From assembly GCA_002633005.1 (NCBI GenBank), contig NMRA01000128.1, forward strand, positions 453,711-517,710: a DNA stretch of 64,000 bases. The letters are read 5' to 3'. The position numbers were made by a program, and so were the translations under genes. Positions 13,983 through 27,232 of the stretch are shown here, piece by piece (the first letter of the stretch is position 1; each line of letters starts with the position of its first letter). Below the pieces are notes generated by a model. It saw only the letters and a list, made by a program, of their open reading frames with translations. It made no database searches and was not told the origin of the DNA. The DNA is from Phoronis australis. Taxonomy: Eukaryota; Animalia; Phoronida.

Positions 13983-15616
13983 AGGAGAATGCCACCCGAT
14001 TTAATTAGTCTTTTTTGTCGTCTTAATCGGTCTATATCCACATCGCCTCGCATACGGTCGACCTTACCTTGCCAAGAGGTGTCGCGTTAACCTGTGAGGA
14101 AGGTGAGAAACTACGCTAGCGACGTCAGTGGTTCATATGCAGAATGAATGCCGCTATGTTGCGGTGCATCGTTCCCGCTTGTCCGAACTAAGCAGCTGCG
14201 AGGAAAGCGGGTATATCGTTTTTTTTTACTTCCTCGAGAGTCCGAAATGCTTAGGAAGTAGCTCATCGTAGTCACGGTGAAGAATGAAATGTAGGCTGTA
14301 AATAGCAAGTATGAGGCCGTGAAACATCTCCGTGTCTGTGGTCTGCAGACGTCGACAGTGCCTGACGAATGCCGACTTACAAAATAACTCCATACGTTAC
14401 GTTGTCTGAGCTTGTTCACGGTACCTCTCTAGTATTTCTTCATCACTGTATTCCTGTTCGAATTGATAGCATGTAAAACTTAACGATCCACCTGCGAAGT
14501 CGGGAGTGATGAGCTCTAGCTAGTCCTAAGTCGGGATTGCGAGTTGCCATGTTGGCGTTTATTACTGAGCGTTCTGTTTCAAAATGAATTATTCTCATCC
14601 TAACCAATACTTATATAAAACTGAAACAAAGTCTGCCTCATTAGATGCAATTTGTAATACCTTTGGAGTGTTCGTGAGTGCAAATGATTTGAGAAGCCAG
14701 CAATGAATAAATCACTGCGTTACCGGCTTTACTTTTTGACGGGACACCGAGGCCGTTTGAGCTCATGCTAATTTATTGTTTGCTGGCAGAAACTGTTGTG
14801 AAACAACTCGATTTCCATCCCACGGCCAGGTGTTAGGGGAATCTTTATTTACATTTACATTACTCAAATAATGATTGTCAATGTACAACTTCTGCCCTGA
14901 CGGTGCTGTGGCCAAAGCGGAACCTGAATTCGCGGCACCCGACGAGTAAGTAGATTTGCAGTTTCGTGCCAAATTCACCAACATAATCACGTGCACATTA
15001 CTTTGGCTCACTAGTATAGTATTTTCTTGACTGGAAGTTTAGTTTCCACTGAACTTTGGCTGGTTTATGTTCGTGATGTCTGATCAGTTGGCACTGGCCG
15101 GCCGCGACGGGCCTGATCGGGCTCCGAGCCACTGGCCAGGATAACAAGCGTTTTGTGTTTAGAACTCAAAAAATCACAAGTCTAAACAACACAGATCAAA
15201 GTTCTCGTGTCTGTATTTCACGAAAAATACTTCGAACAGACCCCAAACTCCTGCTACGGACCTTATTGGCCTGCCGAACTTTGTAGGCTAAGGTTTGTCC
15301 AAAAACCAATAAATCCGTAAGAGCGAAATAAAACAACACGTTTTCATCAGAACTCGGTGTATTTTTAAGGGTTTTACATCGAAGTTTGATGATTTATTGG
15401 TGTTAAACGATGACTTCAAGCGATAAGCTGACACCAGTAACCCGTGTTGAGAACTGCTGAACAGACTGCGTGTGACACCGATGACATCACTGGATAATTT
15501 CAACACCTCCGTCTGCCGTCAGGTGTCAGGTAACGCAACCGTACGTGTAGTTATGGAGTAGAACTACTTGATCTAAATCGATACAAATTAGGTTGTTTTT
15601 TGGGTGGCATGCTCCT
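13983..15616 (+). mobile_element. Non-autonomous Kolobok-like DNA transposon with decayed THAP domain, in the intron of receptor copy 1
   Basis: TTAA on both sides (13979-13982, 15617-15620). TIR AGGAGAATGCCACCC / GGGTGGCATGCTCCT. Frameshifted MPLCCG...SFF.LP...HLRVCGL THAP-like relic at about 14148-14350. Second copy at 62115-63759. Confidence 0.8.
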
Positions 15617-16489
15617 TTAAGACATGCGCACAATTTCGCATGCACATGAAATTTGACTACCGTTTCTAGTTGTGCTGGCCAGCTGGAGACGGTGGTCACT
15701 GTCTACATGGAATCCAAATCAAGTGTTTTACTGCCCGGGTGTTGTTTTCGGTATAGGTGCATCTGATAACCGAAATATCGTTTGTTTTTGCATGTAAAAG
15801 TTTAAAAATCACATCTAAGTTTGAAAGTTTAGATATTTTTGGAGCGGTGAATCTTCGGAGTAGTGAATCGTCGAAGAAGTGAACTTTCGGAATAGTGAAC
15901 CTTCCGAGTAATAAACCTTCGAAATAGTGGGATGTTCCCATTTCCAGCGATGTAAGCAACTTAAGTAACACGCTAAAATACAACCAGATAAACAATTTTA
16001 TTAAGTCAGTCGCCGACTAAACTTCATATTTCCGTCTGAGTATGCAATGAGGTGTAATCACTCATTTAAACATGGCTGATTTGAAACTTTGGCAGGAAAT
16101 AATGCGAGAATGTTCTCTTTCTGGAGCACATTACATCCTAATTTGTGTTCCGTTCTTTGCGAGCAACCGTCACAGCATCCTCGTCTCTGGTATTACAAAT
16201 TCCTTCTCATCTCATGAACATAGAGCTGAGAGTCATGGTTGTGCTGCGTCAAAGGCCTTACCGAAAACTCTACAGTGTCGACGCTTGCAAAATACCAAAG
16301 GTTCACCGTTCTTGAAATTCGAACCACCCACTCAGTGCTGGCTACCGGCCTGAATAGGATATATAAATTTGAGTAGAGAGATGGGGGAGTCTAACAAAAA
16401 GTCACCCCTGCATCGGCCAAACCTCTGCATGCTACTGCCTGACCGCTAAAATGTCTGTAAAATACCCTTTGTTGCATGCAGAATGTTGC

Positions 16490-17450
16490 TCGACATTATG
16501 CAAATGGTTTCAAACGGTTACCTGGCAGGTAAATTTGGCAGAACTCAGATATTTGATTGTGTGTCGCGGGGCTAATCCAGAGCAAGACTTGTTTCGCTGT
16601 GTTTATTCATGATACAAGGGCTTACGTAGAATATTTTGCATCTGGTTTCATGCGGTCCCTTGGGTTGATTTACGTCAAATTTTAGCCCTTTCTTTAGTCG
16701 TCTCGCAGGGTCACCCCACCCCTGAAATTGTCTGGCATCTTACTGTTGTACGATGTGCAGTGACACTGATCAGCATCGTGCAACTGGCTTCAAACGGTTA
16801 CCTAGTGGGTTCATCTAGCTCGACTCAGGCATTTGGGCGTGTCTGACGGGACCACCACTAGATTTGTCTGGCAGTGTTTATTCGTGATACCTGGGCTTAC
16901 AGTGAATATTTTGGAAGATGGTTTTAAGCGGTTACCTCTTGGGTTGATCTAGGTCAATTTTAACCCTTTTTGATAATCGTCTGGCAGGGGCACCCCATCA
17001 CTGAAATTGTCTGGCATCTAACTATTGTGCCATGTACAGTGATGCTGAACGTCGTGTAATTGGTTTCAAACTGTTACCTGGTGGGTTGATCTAGCTCAAC
17101 TCGGCTATTTTGGCGTGTCTGGCTGGGCTAACCCACCACTAGATTTGTGTGACAGTTTTCCTTCGTGATACCTGGGCTCACGGTGAATATTTTGCAACTG
17201 GTTTCATGCATTTACCTCTTGGATTGATCTAGCTAATTTTTTTACCTTGTTTATAACCGTGTGGCTGATACTCCCCACCACTGAAAGTGTCTGGCAGTGA
17301 CCAATTTTGATACAGTGGATTACGTAGTAGGTATCCAAAGCAGTTTGAAGTGGTTACCAGAAAAGTTGATCTAGCTCAATTTTTTAGTGTCATTCTCTTG
17401 GCTCCCCTGACCACACCCACCAGAGCGAACCTGCCAGACGGCCATTTCCA
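16490..17450. repeat. Degenerate tandem array of about 280-bp units in receptor copy 1 intron
   Basis: TGG(T/C)TTCAAAC.GTTACCT recurs at about 16505, 16785 and 17061, with a weaker copy near 17340. CACCCCA...CTGAAATTGTCTGGCATCT also recurs. Confidence 0.65.
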
Positions 17451-17957
17451 AACTTCAGGATACCCACAGAGCACTGTGGCACCAAAGAAAATTGGTTACC
17501 TTTTCATGCCCAAAAAAGCTCTGGGATGCCGGTCTACAGCTTTTCTTGAGTTGGGACTCGTCTCTGTTTGATTGAATGAACGTGGATTTGGAATTCGCCG
17601 CCGAAGATTGATCCGTTTAAAAAGCTTTTGCACGTACTTCCGATTGGAAGTACGTACAGTTGGGACACCCGATTTGTCAATTATAACCTTGTCACCTTCT
17701 CGGAATTCCGATATTGTTTTGTGTTTTGCAGACGATAAAATGTAAGGCGTATGAGAGTCTACTTTGCACTACTTTGTCATTCGCCCATGTAATATAAAAA
17801 TACGTACTCGGTGTTATTAAACAGTCGTGTTGTAACACATTCCAGGTCATGTGAGAAACATAAATACTCATTAAATTGGGAAAGTGTTCAGTAGTTATAA
17901 AATTGGGAAAAGTCAGAGAGTATAGACATACCTTTAAATATATCCTTTTTTCTCCAG

Positions 17958-20140
17958 TGAAGTACTTCCCTAGAAGAAACGAAAATTTTACTGGCCGAGA
18001 GAGGGAGCTTGAATGTCTACATGATGAATTTCACAAGTCATCTACGAAATCTGCGAAATGTCGCTCTCAGGCAACCAGTCGACAAGAGATACGGATTCAT
18101 GGATTAGGGGGTGTCGGTAAATCCCAAATCGCTATTGAGTATATTCATCGCCACCAAAACGAATATCGTCTTATTAGATGGATTCGCTCAGGACCACATT
18201 CCATTAGAAACTCCATCATTAACTTTGCAAAAGATCTTGACGTTAATGTTGAGGAAGTAGTTGACGACAAGGATATTGCTCTTAGAATATCAGATGTTTT
18301 ACTCACTTATGATTCTTGGCTTCTGGTGTTCGATTACGTAGTGTCGAATGATGATATTAAACCATTCATGCCCGACTTGGACCGTCTTAAAGAAGGTCAA
18401 AATATCATCATTACTTCGGTTACTCCCACAGGTACACCTAACTGCCTCGAAGTGAATGCATTTACGGAGGAAGAAGCCTATGAATATGTGTCCAGTCGTC
18501 TTCCCCATATTGCATATTCTGACTACAAAAATGTCGAAGCAGTTAAAAACCTCACGAAACAGCTTGGCAACTTGCCCCTTGCCTTGTCACAAGCTATTGC
18601 ATTCATTAAGTTTGGCTCATGCAACATTGACAAGTATATAAAAATCCTGAGCACCAGTCACGAGTTGCTAGACGAGAATGTCCACTTTCAAAATCATGCC
18701 AAAAAGTCTGTGTATTTCACCCTTATGACTTCCATTCGGAAAATCCTCGATGATCAAAGTTCTTCCATTGGTGAACAAGCAGACACGTTACTGAAATGCG
18801 TATCTTTGTTGGATTCAGAAGATATTCCTTTAAGTTTGTTTGAAGAGGATGCATTTTTTTCAGGGGACATTTTAAATAAATCTGTTGCAAAGTTGCGGGG
18901 ATATTCGTTGATCAGTAGCCAACGACCGGGCACGGTGCGTATTCACAAACTTGTCCAAAGAGTTGTTCAAGAGTACTTATACAAGTTTGGACAACCAAGT
19001 GAAGTTGAACAGATTGGTCTCCGCCTAAAATCACTCAAACGTCTACCAACGATGTTTAAGAGGAAGTTGCCACGAGACTGCTCGTGTATTGGTTGGAGAA
19101 ATGTCAACAGAGATGTCCTCGATACGTTGCAATCCCTACTTCCGCATGCCAAGTCTCTACTTTGGCATATTGACCAGGAACTCGAGGGTCTAACAGAATT
19201 GACGCTGCCATCTGAAGACCAATGTACAGATGTGCGTAAGCAACAGGATGACCTAATTCAATGTAGGGACACGATGCTCTTTTTCATTGGATTTTCATAT
19301 TACTTTCTCCGTGACGCGCCTGAGGCTGCCAGTGCATTTAAAGACCTTGTTCAAGTGCGCTCAGAAACAGGAAAAGGTGACGATGTGAAAGAGGTCGAGG
19401 CGTTGGAGATGTTGGGAATCTGCAACCGACTGTCTCGAAATCACGAAGATTCGGTTGGAAATTTAACAAAAGCTTTGGACATTCTTAACAACTTACAGAC
19501 CAGTAATCACGACCAACTGAGAATTGCCATTATGACAGCTCTTGGCAAAACGCGTTACATAAAGGGTGAGTACCAAGAATCCTGCCAACTTTTAGAAGAG
19601 GCACTGAATCTGCAATCCAGTTATAGTAAAACATGCCCCGAGAAGAAAAGAGATGTGTTCTGCTGCCTGTTGTCCTATATTCTCCCTAAGCTTGGTAGCG
19701 CTTACCTGGGCGCGGGGAAGTTACCAGAGGCGAGGGTAAAGTTTGAGGAATGCTTAGAGGTGAGACAGAAGCTGTATTACGAAGGACATATTCTTCTTGC
19801 AGCATCGAGGTTCTGTTTGGGAAAGGTGCAACTTCTTTCTAATGACTTTGAGGATGCCCGAGAGTCATTCCAGTTTTGTCTCGAATGTGCTGAATCTAAC
19901 TACGGCAAACAGCACTCCTTTGTTGGCAAAGTAAATGCAATTATTGGCAAGTGTTGTATACTGCAAGAAAAATACCCTGATGCGTGCAAATCTTTGACCA
20001 CAGCATTAAAAATCTTAGCATGGAGTTATGGCGAGATGTCTGAAATCCATGATGTGGTTCAGAAATGGCTAAAGCATGCAATGCAGCCTGACAAATGTTC
20101 TTTCGAGGACACCGAACGATTATATTTGTTTGATTTTTAA
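17958..20140 (+). CDS. NLR-like/STAND receptor copy 1, coding exon 2: NB-ARC NTPase plus about 6 TPR repeats (spliced protein about 838 aa)
   Basis: Acceptor ccttttttctccAG at 17957 joins exon 1 in frame (C+TG=Leu). Motifs: FPRRNENFTGRERE, Walker A GLGGVGKS, Walker B WLLVFDYV, sensor IIITS, GNLPLAL (GxP), MHD-like RIHKLVQ. TPRs from about 19270 (ALEMLG.., TALGK.., PKLGSAY.., FCLGKV.., AIIGKC..). Stop at 20138-20140. Confidence 0.92.
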
Positions 20141-21609
20141 CCTACCATCCTCTTTATCTGTCGAACCTTCCCCTCTCCAGTCTCCGTCTCTCAACATGTT
20201 ATAATCTTCCCGAGGATTACTGATTGATTTTCACAGCATCTGGTGATTTTCGGACGAACCGAACTAAACATTCGCTGTGTGTGGTAATTTGTTTTTTGCA
20301 TCAGTCATCTGCCTTTCACAAAACCGCGCGTACGATATTGAAAATGTCATCATGTGGATTTGTTTCGTTGATGGCTTGCAGAAACAATTGGAAGAATTCG
20401 ACTACTTCTGGGACTGCAGCAGTTTTATTTTGTTTACGCGGCTCTTTATCTTCCAAATGACATAACATGTCTTAATGAAACCCTGCAAATTTGTTTATCA
20501 TCTTAAGAAAATGACACCTGCAAATTTCAGGACTATTCTGAAACTGTATTGCGTTTCCTAGGGACTACTGGCATTTTATTTGTTTTGCGCCCATCTCTTT
20601 ATGTGCCAAACGGTTCAGTTAAGTTCAACAAATTTTTATAACGCAGAGGACGGCAAGCGGAACCTCCAGTTTCGAACGGCTAGTGCTGTGCTCAGAGACA
20701 TTTTAAATTTTTCAATTCTTTATCGGAAATAATGAAAACCATTCAAGAATTTGAAATTGAACTTTTATCTTGACTTTTTTTGATTTGAATTAAATACGGT
20801 AACAATATTTTGCATGAGAAGTACCCATACACCGTTTGCAGTGCTTGAGCGTTGGTTTATTTAAGCGTTTAGCGTTGATCTTGTTAAAAATAGATTTAAT
20901 CTATTGCGTCAAGTGTAACACCTGTAACTGTATAGTAAGACGCCGGTCGCGAGAAGTATTGAGTAGATTGCGTGATAAAAAAATTTGAGTCGACCAAAGT
21001 TGTGTTCTGCTGTCTGATGGCAGGAATTATTAATTTCATGTTTGTTTTGTGGCTTCGTGACATGAGACAAGAACCGTTTTAAATATTACTGTATGTTAAA
21101 ATGCGACCTCTGGTGGCGCTGCTTTGTGTGCAATGTTTTTTTTTAAATATTAGTGTCTTTTGTTATTGTTCGTTACGCCTTGGCTACTACGACGCCCATG
21201 CGTTATCGTGTCGGCGATGGCAGTGATCTAGAATACAATTTCCTTTGTAACTCTTTCTTTATTATCTTGCACTTAACCAATTAAACCCGTGCGCTATACC
21301 AAGCAAGGTGGGGCGACTGTTTTATTAAGTGATACCATGTCAAATTTTACGAATACCGGAAATGCCGCCGTTTCCTAAAAAACGATAAAAGTCACACCAA
21401 ATCACCAGTATTCACCCCAAAGCCACTATTTGCATGCGATTACTGCGAACTGAGAGACAGTGCATTCCGACTAACAAAACTATCCAGATTGCAGGAATCA
21501 AGTGAAATATGGGTGTCGACCAGCCAGATCTTTTACAAATCCAAAGTGTCTGAAGTAATTTTCTGCGAAATTTCATCTTCCCGCTTGCAAACAGTAATGG
21601 TTCAGGTAA

Positions 21610-22172
21610 CTGTGAACTATGTTTACGAGGTTATATTCATGCGCAATTGTCTTAAATTCTCTTAGATCTAACCCCTACAAAGTATATTCTGAAAGGTGTA
21701 TAAATTTCCTCACAAAATTTATTATTCTTGTTTATCTGCCTTTATTATGTCACGAGACATGTGCTTTTTTAGTAGTTTTTGTTACTTTAAGTAGAGATAT
21801 TAAAAATATTGTTCCTCCAATCGTATTGGTCTTTTGTGAACATTTTGATAACGGCATTTTTGAGGGAAATAGGTCTCAGTTTTCTAATTATTGACTTTTT
21901 AGAGCATTTTGACCCAAAGCAGTCGCACTCGTGATTTTTGAAGTCTTTGTTCCGAAAAACTAGGGGAAACAATATTTTTAAAATCCCTGTTCAAAGTAAA
22001 AAAAAATAACTGAAAAAGTCACATCTCGTGACAAAATAAAGACAAGTAAACAAGAATAGTAAATGTTATTATGAAACTTATTCTTTTTTCAGGAAATATA
22101 TTCTTTATAGGGGTTAGAGCTAGCGGAATTTAAGATATTTGCACATAAGTACAACTTGGTAAACAAGGTTCA
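21610..22172. mobile_element. Long-TIR MITE (imperfect palindrome)
   Basis: Left about 200 bp mirrors right about 200 bp. Orthologous copy at about 33525-34615 and a partial copy at 45405-45660. Confidence 0.6.
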
Positions 22173-24001
22173 AAGCCACTACTGAGCAAAAAGTGCGTCA
22201 AGGGGTCAACAACTGGCAATCTTTCTGTCGTAGCCTTTACATACAACACAACACTTAAAATGCCCAGACAAGCCAGAAGGCGCCATTTTTAAGGAAATTG
22301 CCAGTCTTTAACTCAAAACAGACTAAAAAATCAAGCAAATGCCATTCATAGCATTCAAAGCAGCACAAAACTTAAAATGTCCACAAAACCCAACAGGCGG
22401 CAATTTTTAATGAATTTAGAAAAGGCAAATTCAACCGTGGCTCAACGTGACCGTTGAATGGGTCCTAACATCAATGCGAGCAACAGCCGAGGTCGACCCA
22501 GTTAGTTCACCAGGCATAGGGGAGATGGAGTAGCAAGGATGAAGCAGCAACCGTTATCGACTTTCCTATCTGCACCACTGGAACTTACTAAGGTCATATA
22601 TCGAAAGTAGAAGGGCGACGATGTAATCAGATGGGATTTTTCATGTCAAGTTCCCAAAGGAAGTGGTGATTTTTCCGAATAAAAGCGAAGCATAATTAGT
22701 AACTGTAAAATAAGGTCAATATCTGGAAAGGAACAAACAGATTTTACATTCTGTTTAGTTTTGTTTGTAATTCAAATTTAATTATTTTTTATTAAAATAT
22801 AATCGTTTCGGTACTGAATTTCACAGAGGCACTCTTGCTTCAAAATTGTGGAGTGCTACCTGTCAATCAACACCGACCAAAATTACCTCCAGAATAGATT
22901 TAACAATAGAAAACGAACCACGGAGAAGGCTCTCCCATAGTAGGGGGTGACTGGGACGTGATACAGATATTTTCCCTCTCGGGTATCGTGAAATAATCCA
23001 ACAAAAGATAGTGAATTCAAAATGGCGGCGTGTCTTGCTCGGACCAAGCACCTGTTTGAGTTTCCGAGAAACAGTCTTGGTATACGATAATGCAGAAGAT
23101 CCACATTCACTATTCAAGTGGATTCAGTTTTTATAATTGGAGATAGAAACAACATGACATGAAAATGGCGTTTATATAAGTTACCCCTATCGTTCCTCAA
23201 TGTATCCATGCAGCCCATTACCATAATCTTTGTGTTCTCAAACCTTTATTCAGTGGAAGTAATTGCATGCCGATTATGCAGAAGCAGTTCAACTCTGACC
23301 CCTCTAGGTTTATAGCTGCCAAAAGTAAAACTTTCCAGCCTGGGAACAATCTGAACTAGACTCTTGCGTAAACGCGGTTAGTGCTTAATGAACAGCATTT
23401 CAGTACTTTCAGTATTTTTGCGATAAGTTCGGGTGGCCCTCAATTTTTCAAAATCATCGTGTAAATAAAGTGCACTTTTTCATAGGAGATAAAAACAACA
23501 ACATATTCGGTTCTTTCATAATTTTATTCGCACAAGTGTTCTCCGCCTATATATTTAATATCTGTTTATGGTTTTGTACCAAAGCAAGGAATCGTTTAGT
23601 TTATGCACAATCAGGTAGGTTCCGGCAGCCGGCTTCAAATTGACTGACAAACTGATTCTAATATCTTCTTTAACCAATCGACATAATGAATTCATTTTCA
23701 CCCTTACCTAATTGCTATTGAGCAGCATGATGGAATGAATGCAGATATCTGACGAAGTACTGCGCGCAATATCTCAGAGTTGTAATTTACTAAACAGTCT
23801 TTGTTCATAACGCACGCGACATCACCAATGACACCAATGAGTTCATTTGCTGTTCCGCACTCTATCTTACGTTCAAAATGACTTCTCTCTTGTCACGTAT
23901 TTTCGGCGAAAAGGAAGAAGAGCAATAAAAGACCATTTATCTGAAAGGGCCTCAGATATTTAATTAAAATGATAGGTATGGTCTCTTAGTGCCTGGATTA
24001 T

Positions 24002-24936
24002 CTGTCGATGCCAGCTCCACACATATGACTGTACCCTCTCTGACAGTGAGACCACCGGCTACTGGCGTGCCAGTACAGGGTGCCTCGGAGGACGATAATG
24101 CGTCGATGTCGAAACTCAGGTGGATTGGTCGATCCATTCTGCAAAAGACAATTATTCAGCATAACGAATTATCGAGGTAATGATTTTCGATTATAGATCG
24201 CAAGGTCTTTGATTTATTCTTCAAATGTATGATTTACCTTCAGCTTGAATAAGTAATCGTTTTGTACCCCTGATTGCAGTTATCATTTTCATTTTACATT
24301 TTACCCTGGATTTATCAGCTCCAGAGATCTTTTGATGCAATAATGGATTCCGAATTTGTCCACCTCGTGCATAGAGAAATATGGAATCTGAAACTTGTTC
24401 AGAATGCAGGCCTCGCCTGGGTCCACGTCTCGGATACCAATGTAAGCCAAGCTTTTGGTGCTTAACATGTAAAGATAAAAAACAATCATCACTTTAATAC
24501 CTTCGAAACGCTTGATGCAAAAAGTGTATTGGCAAATCTGTGCTAACACACCATGGCTTGGCCTAGTGGTGTCATTTAAGTATCCCGGTACTCCTTAGGC
24601 ACAAAACAAGTTGGAAAAGTAAGCTATTCAAGCACCGAATAACTGGCTTGCTGAAATTTATTATTATTTGACATTACCTGCCGATAAGAAAATGTAGGTC
24701 AAGCCTTGTATGACTGGTGCCACTGAATACGCTCACTTACACAATAGATAGGTAGAAAGAAAGGAGGGCGGGAGACAGGGAGGGAGGGAGGAAGGAAGAA
24801 AGTAAGGATGGATGGATGGAAGGAAGGATAGATGGATGGATGGATGGATGGAAAGAAAGGAGGGAGGGAGGAAGGAAGTAAGGAAGGAAGTAAGGAAAGA
24901 AGGAAGGAAGGCAGGCATGCAGNNNNNNNNNNNNGG

Positions 24937-24969
<33 letters not shown>

Positions 24970-25520
24970 AGGAAGGAGGGAAGGAAGGAAGGAAGGAAGG
25001 GAGGAAGATGGATGGATGGATGGATGGATAGATAGATAGATAAACAGAAAGAAAGAAAGATAGACAGACAGACAGATTGACAGATAGATACATGTAGGGA
25101 GAGAGATAGAAAGGTAGATAGACAGATAGGGAAATAGATAGATACAGAGATAGATAGCCAGATAGATGGATGGATGGATGGATAGATAAATAATTTAAAA
25201 CAGGGAAACCATAAGCGACGACTAGTTGTCGCAGAATTGTAAACATTTGCTTACATGGTGTTCACCCATTCAAATCCCGGAAGTCCCGGGACGAAGTCTT
25301 TTAATTCATGAAGCAAGAATGACATGGGCATCCCATAAATATTGCCGCTCTTTGACGTCAACAGTGTGTTGATATCAGCATGCGCGTCGATCCATACAAC
25401 ACAAGCATCTGGCTTCGCTTACAGGTGACCATGTATACTTCCTATTGCCAGGGAGTGGTCACCCCCAACAGTTAGAGCAATTTGACCTGACGAAATTGTT
25501 TCGAATACCCTTTTTGAAAG
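24002..25520 (-). pseudogene. Truncated arginase pseudogene (copies of exons 4-6 only)
   Basis: Exon copies at 25520-25255, 24466-24305 and 24138-24002. Premature TAA at 25419-25421 (CAA in the intact copy). SGNIHG changed to SGNIYG. Exon-5 acceptor AG>AT, exon-6 donor GT>AT. Last exon deleted (junction about 23761). Exons 1-3 were not duplicated. Confidence 0.92.
24745..25190. repeat. Compound tetranucleotide microsatellite (GGAA/GGAT/GGCA/GATA) with N gap
   Basis: Directly visible. A shorter, degenerate equivalent is at 38253-38478. Confidence 0.9.
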
Positions 25521-26430
25521 CTGAAAATATAGAAGTGCCCCTGATTAGTACAATACAAACCTGTCAACCCCTTCACAACTTGTCTGAATTAGCTGAAATG
25601 GAACGAAAATTTTGAATTGACTGTCATCTCACAACTTTGAATTATATATTACTGTCGTTCGAGTGTATTTTTCGGAATCGAATGATTCTTGCACTTTTCT
25701 GCTGTATTAACTCTCTACAGCTGTTGGAACACAAAAGGGAAACATAGAATGTTGCTAGAATACACTTGTAATATTCAAAATGCACTTAGAATATTTTACG
25801 AGTGCAATTCGATTACTGCCGAATACCATACGAGATCTCATTGCCGGAGTTTCCTTTGTGGTTCTTCTGTAAATTGGCAGGCTTACTGTGAGCAAGATCA
25901 TGATCACTGTTAAATCCTGGCAAATGAAACTCGACAATTATGTCTATATCTGAGAGGCAGGAAGAGGGGATGGGGACTCTGCCTTGGAATCTGAATCTGA
26001 TTCGATATGTTGTCTGAGCAAATTCAAGTTAAGTTCCAGTGGCAGCTACAGCGTTTCTTTGCGATCTGAGACGTTCTTAATTTAAATAGCCCCCGACTCA
26101 TTTGATGGCCAATGGAGGTCCTTCTGGCTGCAATCCAAGTGTCAAGACCTCATTCGCAGTACATTTCTGATGAACAATTTGATATCGACATAAATTCACT
26201 CAGTATTAAGAGATACTTTCAAAGTGCAATCTATCTCATTATTGGGCTCTGCACTTCACGTAAGTCGGAATTTTAAATGTTATACCACAATATTAGCCTG
26301 GAATGGCTAAGACAACCGTGTAATAACCCATTTAGTTATCTCACTATTTAGATAACATTTTTGGCGGCAACCGAGGCCGGTTTCGAACGTACGATTCACA
26401 GCTGAAAAGTACTGCCTGTTGTCTTTAATA

Positions 26431-27232
26431 GACCGGCAGCCCAGAGCACTTAGCATAGATGAACGAGGTACCAACATCTGACCACGGGAGCATTTAAAGT
26501 CCACCTCATTATGTACAGAAATGGACGTCTTCCGTTGTTTGCACTCTGGGTGTGACCCCTGGGGGCCTTACAAAGACCCCAAAAAATGAGCTAGACTAGA
26601 TATTCGAGATACCAACCAAAACTGATTTAAAACGAACAATAATACCGCACTGAACACCGAATGACACATGACAGACAAATTGCACTCTGGAATGGGTCCG
26701 GCACTGAGAAGCCAAAAAAGGACCCCTCAAAAATGAGCTAGCACATACATTCGAGGTACCACACAAAACCAATTCCATGTGATTCAATACATGTCACAGA
26801 TCACTAAAACCCCTATGACAGACAAAATACACTCTGGGTTGTGCCCGGCAGAAACCCCCAAAAATCTCAACCATGGTATGCCATCAAAAATTTGAGCTAG
26901 ACTAGATTTTCGAGGTACCGGCCAAAACTGATTTTAAACGAACAATAGTACCGCACTGAACACCAAATGACCCATGACAGACAAATTGCACTCTGGAATG
27001 GGTCCGGCAGAAACCAAAAAAGGANCTAGACTAGATTTTCGAAGTACGGGCCAAAACTTATCTTGAACTTGAACAAACAATAGTACCACACTGAACTCCA
27101 AATGACCCATGACAGACAAATTGCACTCTGGAATGGGTCCAGCAGAAACCAAAAAAGGACCCCCCCCAAAAAAAAAAACAAAAAAAATGAGCTTGCTTAT
27201 ACATTTGAGGTACCTCACAAAACCAGTTCCAT
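26431..27232 (-). mobile_element. Copy of the 5150-5694 MITE family with internally amplified subrepeats
   Basis: Starts TA|GACCGGCAGCCCAGAGCAC. 26431-26880 is the reverse complement of 5250-5694. The block ...ATGACAGACAAATTGCACTCTGGAATGGGTCC... occurs three times. Confidence 0.7.

Larger units (their letters stand above)
12290..26280 (+). repeat. Segmental duplication unit 1 (receptor gene plus 3' half of arginase)
   Basis: Colinear homology with about 28600-39560, including non-coding 3' flanks (e.g. 20213-23760 vs 32122-36205). Boundaries are approximate. Confidence 0.88.

Noticed and set aside
17732-17741. 10-nt micro-exon (ttttgcAG|ACGATAAAAT|GTAAGG) in the receptor intron
   Set aside because: It would shift the frame and has no equivalent in copy 2. 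It cannot be excluded as a poison exon but is unsupported.
17876-17957. N-terminal 27 aa of the 754-aa ORF as the true start
   Set aside because: The ORF starts at a non-ATG codon inside intron sequence, a canonical acceptor sits at 17957, and this stretch is not open in copy 2.
17958-20140. Bacterial contamination or recent horizontal transfer of an Avs-like gene
   Set aside because: The gene has a spliceosomal intron, host-like composition and animal genes and transposons around it. Ancient transfer cannot be judged without a phylogeny.
20224-20460. 78-aa ORF conserved in both duplication units (also 22863-23117 and 35313-35561)
   Set aside because: Conservation reflects the recent duplication. 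Non-ATG starts, no recognisable domain, probably 3' UTR or intergenic.
24733-25246. Low-complexity ORFs (PSFL/GRKE-rich); also 38210-38533 and 59466-60121
   Set aside because: Translations of microsatellites and N gaps.
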